Below are positions 60,916 through 64,000 of a DNA stretch of 64,000 nucleotides, one piece after another. Positions within the stretch are counted from its first letter, which is position 1. Each line of letters opens with the position of its first letter. The notes under the pieces are model-generated. The model had not been told where the DNA came from, made no database searches, and saw only the letters and a list, made by a program, of their open reading frames with translations. The stretch is from Rhizophagus irregularis (Eukaryota), in assembly GCF_026210795.1 (NCBI RefSeq), contig NC_089432.1:2852001-2916000 (forward strand), given 5' to 3'. A program made the translations under genes and the position numbers.

Positions 60916-62009
60916 ATAAAAAATAAATATTGAATAAACCAGTACAACTAAAATTCGTTACTCAGTTTGCAACATATAACAGAGTTAGAATTATAAATTA
61001 AAACTGGTATCGTAAAAATAAGAAAAGTTACTTGAAACAACATATTAAAAAGTGTAAAGGATTCGTGAAACCAACAAAAACTAGTTAGCTCGATCTCAGT
61101 CCGGAACTAAAGCAAGCTTTATATAGTACAGTAAATGATCGCTAAAAGTTTGTATAATTCCGAGTTAGATACTATATACAGTTGATAATTGCCTGTACCG
61201 ATAAATTTTCCATGTCCCGTTTCACAATTACAGTAATAAAAAAACCGGGTCGCGTTTAACTCACCGGCAATTACTTCACCAACAAACATTTCACCGACGA
61301 ACGTTTACAAATATATATAAAATTAAATATAAAAATTTTAAATATTTTTACATATATCTTAATATGAAATAGGAAATTTTTATTGTTAGTAACAAGTATT
61401 TCTTTGTTAGATTAATAAAATACAAAAAACTACTACTATAGATTTCCTTAGGGGAATAGCACGTACTTTTCAGAATAGTTTATTTTTTTTAATAAATGTA
61501 TCAATGTTTTGTTGTGATGATCAAAACTAAAAAGGTTAATACAGTATATATATTATATATATTTGTTAGTAACGCGCATTTCTTTTATTATTTTAATAAA
61601 ATTTATAATTACATATAAAAAATATAAAAGATATAACTATATGTTATTCTATCTGCTAACCACTCTAAGATGAAAGAAAGTATTAATACTTAACTAAATA
61701 TCTAAAAAAAGGTTTTATAATAAAATATCTATTTTTTTTAAAGTAAGCATCACGAACATAATATCCAATTATGTATTAATTATTTAATTATAATTTATTA
61801 GCTCTTACATGTTTATTTTTAATATATACCGAAATCAAAAGTCGTATATAAATATATAATTAAATTTAATTTGTACAATCTCGTAAATATTATCACTCTT
61901 TAGCGTAAAAAAAAAAGGTATGATAAACCTATACTATTATTAAATCAAACTAAAATATTGTTTATCTAAAAATTATCTATAGTTTATAATTCAAATAATT
62001 CATTATTTT

Positions 62010-64000
62010 TTAAAAAAATTCTTGCATATCATTTAAATCATTTAATCTATACATAGCATCTTTATCTCCTTGTTCAGAAGATCTTTTATACCAATAAATT
62101 GCTTGACTCATATCTCTTTTAGTCCCATTTCCACTTTCATACATCAAAGCAAGATTATATTGAGCTATACTATTTCCTAAATTTGCAGCTTTTTGATATA
62201 ATTCAAAACCTTTTTCCATATCAATATCAGTACCAATTCCTTTATAATAACAATAACCTAATAAATTCATACCACCTGAATGACCACCTTCCGCTGATCT
62301 TTTAGATAATTCGAAAGCTTTATCATCATCTTTATCAATAACTTCACCATCAATATACATATCAGCAAGATTACATTGAGCTCTAATATTTCCTTGATCA
62401 GCAGCTTTTTGAAATAATTCAAATGCTTTTTGTACATCAACATCAGTTCCAATTCCATTATAATAATAATATCCTAAAAGATTTATTCCACTCAAATATT
62501 CTTTTTCTGCTAATTTTTTAGATAATTCAAAAGCTTTATCATAATTTTTAATATCACCTTCACCATCTTCATATAAATAAGCAAGACTATATTGAGCCAA
62601 ACAATTATCTAATTCTGCTGATTTTTGATATAATTCAACTGCTTTTTCTTTATAAACATTAATTATAATTCCATGATAATTAAAATATCCTAATAAATAA
62701 ATAGAATTTGAATCATTTTGATTATTTAAAAGCCAATTATAAATTTCTTGTAAATTTATTTTAAAATTATTAATATAATTTAAAATATTTTTCTTTCTTG
62801 TACTTTCTTCTTTTCCTTCATTTACTTCTTTAAAAGAAAAATTAATCAATTCATCAATCACAATACTTAAATTTTCTTCAAATATATTTTTATGAATATT
62901 CTTTGTTGTAGGTTCTAATTCTTTTATATTTGTTTTATCAAAATTTTGAATAATTTGATATAAATCTTCATTTAATTGATTATTATCTGATGTTAGTGAT
63001 GTAGAATCAAGTTGATCTGATCGTTTTAATATCATTTTGTTTTTCGTAATAATTGTTTTTAATTTAGAAACCACTTGATTAATTTCGGGTCTATTATCTG
63101 GATCGTTATTCCAACATTCTAAAAATAATAATAATAATAATAATAGTAAATATAAGATTTTAATTTAAATAACATTAAAAATTAATTATATTTACCAATA
63201 TAGAGAATAGAATAATCAAGAGGAGTATTTGAAACAATTGATTCTCTATAACCTTTTAAAATTTTCATAATTAAATTATCATTATATGATTCATCTTTAA
63301 ATGGTGATTGACCACTTGATATCTCCCATAATATTACACCAATACTATAAACGTCACTCTTCTGATTTAATGAGTACGGATTTGATGAGTACGAATTTAA
63401 TAAGTACGGTTTTAACATTTTTGGTTCAATATAACATATCAAATCCGATTTTTGATTAGATAATTCCTTGGCCCTTTTCGATAATCCAAAAACGGTTAAT
63501 TTGATTGTATTTTGATGAATTAATATATTATTAGGGTTCTATTGTAAAAAAAATATATAATATGAATTTTATGAAAATCTTTTAAATTATTCAACATTAT
63601 AAAAATTAGTAAAATTACCAAGCCACAATAGGAAATCCCTTTATCATGTAAATGTGATACAGCACATGTTAACTGGTATGCAAATTCGTACTTGTCTTCC
63701 CAAGTTAGTTTATTAAAGTTTTCTTTCAAATAGTTTCGAAGGGAATTACCATTAGCGTACTCCATTACTAATAAATATTCCTTCGCTTGATTATTTCGAA
63801 CTTCTAATTCAAAAGTAGTTAATTAATATATTTTATAAAGTCGAATTAAAAATATATAATTCATAACTTTAAATATTGTAATACATATATTACCTTTACT
63901 CGTAATACCAAAAAATCTAATGATATTTACGTGTAAATTAACATCGTTACAAAATTCAAGCTAAATTACAAATATAACTGATTCGTAAATGATTAGACCA
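62010..64000 (-). CDS. Pseudokinase (TKL-like) with Sel1-like repeats; 5' end lies outside the window
   Basis: Exons near 63896-63960, 63619-63803, 63196-63538 and 62010-63118. Catalytic loop reads SYCGLNPNN and DFG is replaced by VFG. Sel1 repeats are intact. Confidence 0.88.

Noticed and set aside
60210..60933. Cluster of short ORFs upstream of the pseudokinase
   Set aside because: They derive from TIR and tandem-repeat sequence (RQTFH/DKRFT repeats), not from genes.

Overview
Very AT-rich, intron-rich eukaryotic DNA. The gene set (tyrosine-kinase-like kinases fused to Sel1 repeats, BTB-BACK-TLDc, F-box-like/LRR-like paralogs, U-box-TPR) points to an arbuscular mycorrhizal fungus of the Rhizophagus type; this is inferred from gene content. 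The window holds about 9 host genes, an intact Helentron/Helitron2-type rolling-circle transposon (10399-15630), many nested non-autonomous TIR elements with readable TSDs, and LINE, chromovirus and Crypton remnants. Main finding: the apparent 3.9-kb AT-rich 'satellite' at 34236-38109 reads as a chain of 38 canonical spliceosomal introns separating 37 micro-exons (35 of 3 nt, one of 6 nt, one of 1 nt). Spliced together, they join an upstream ATG exon in frame to a kinase domain and encode a stop-free D/W/H/G-rich peptide in which nearly every codon is built across a splice junction. This could be a combinatorial diversity generator. A second, diverged and truncated copy of the cassette lies inverted at 21116-22242. 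The full micro-exon kinase sits inside a 14.8-kb insertion with Helitron-like ends that splits an F-box-like gene exactly. All splicing is predicted from sequence only.
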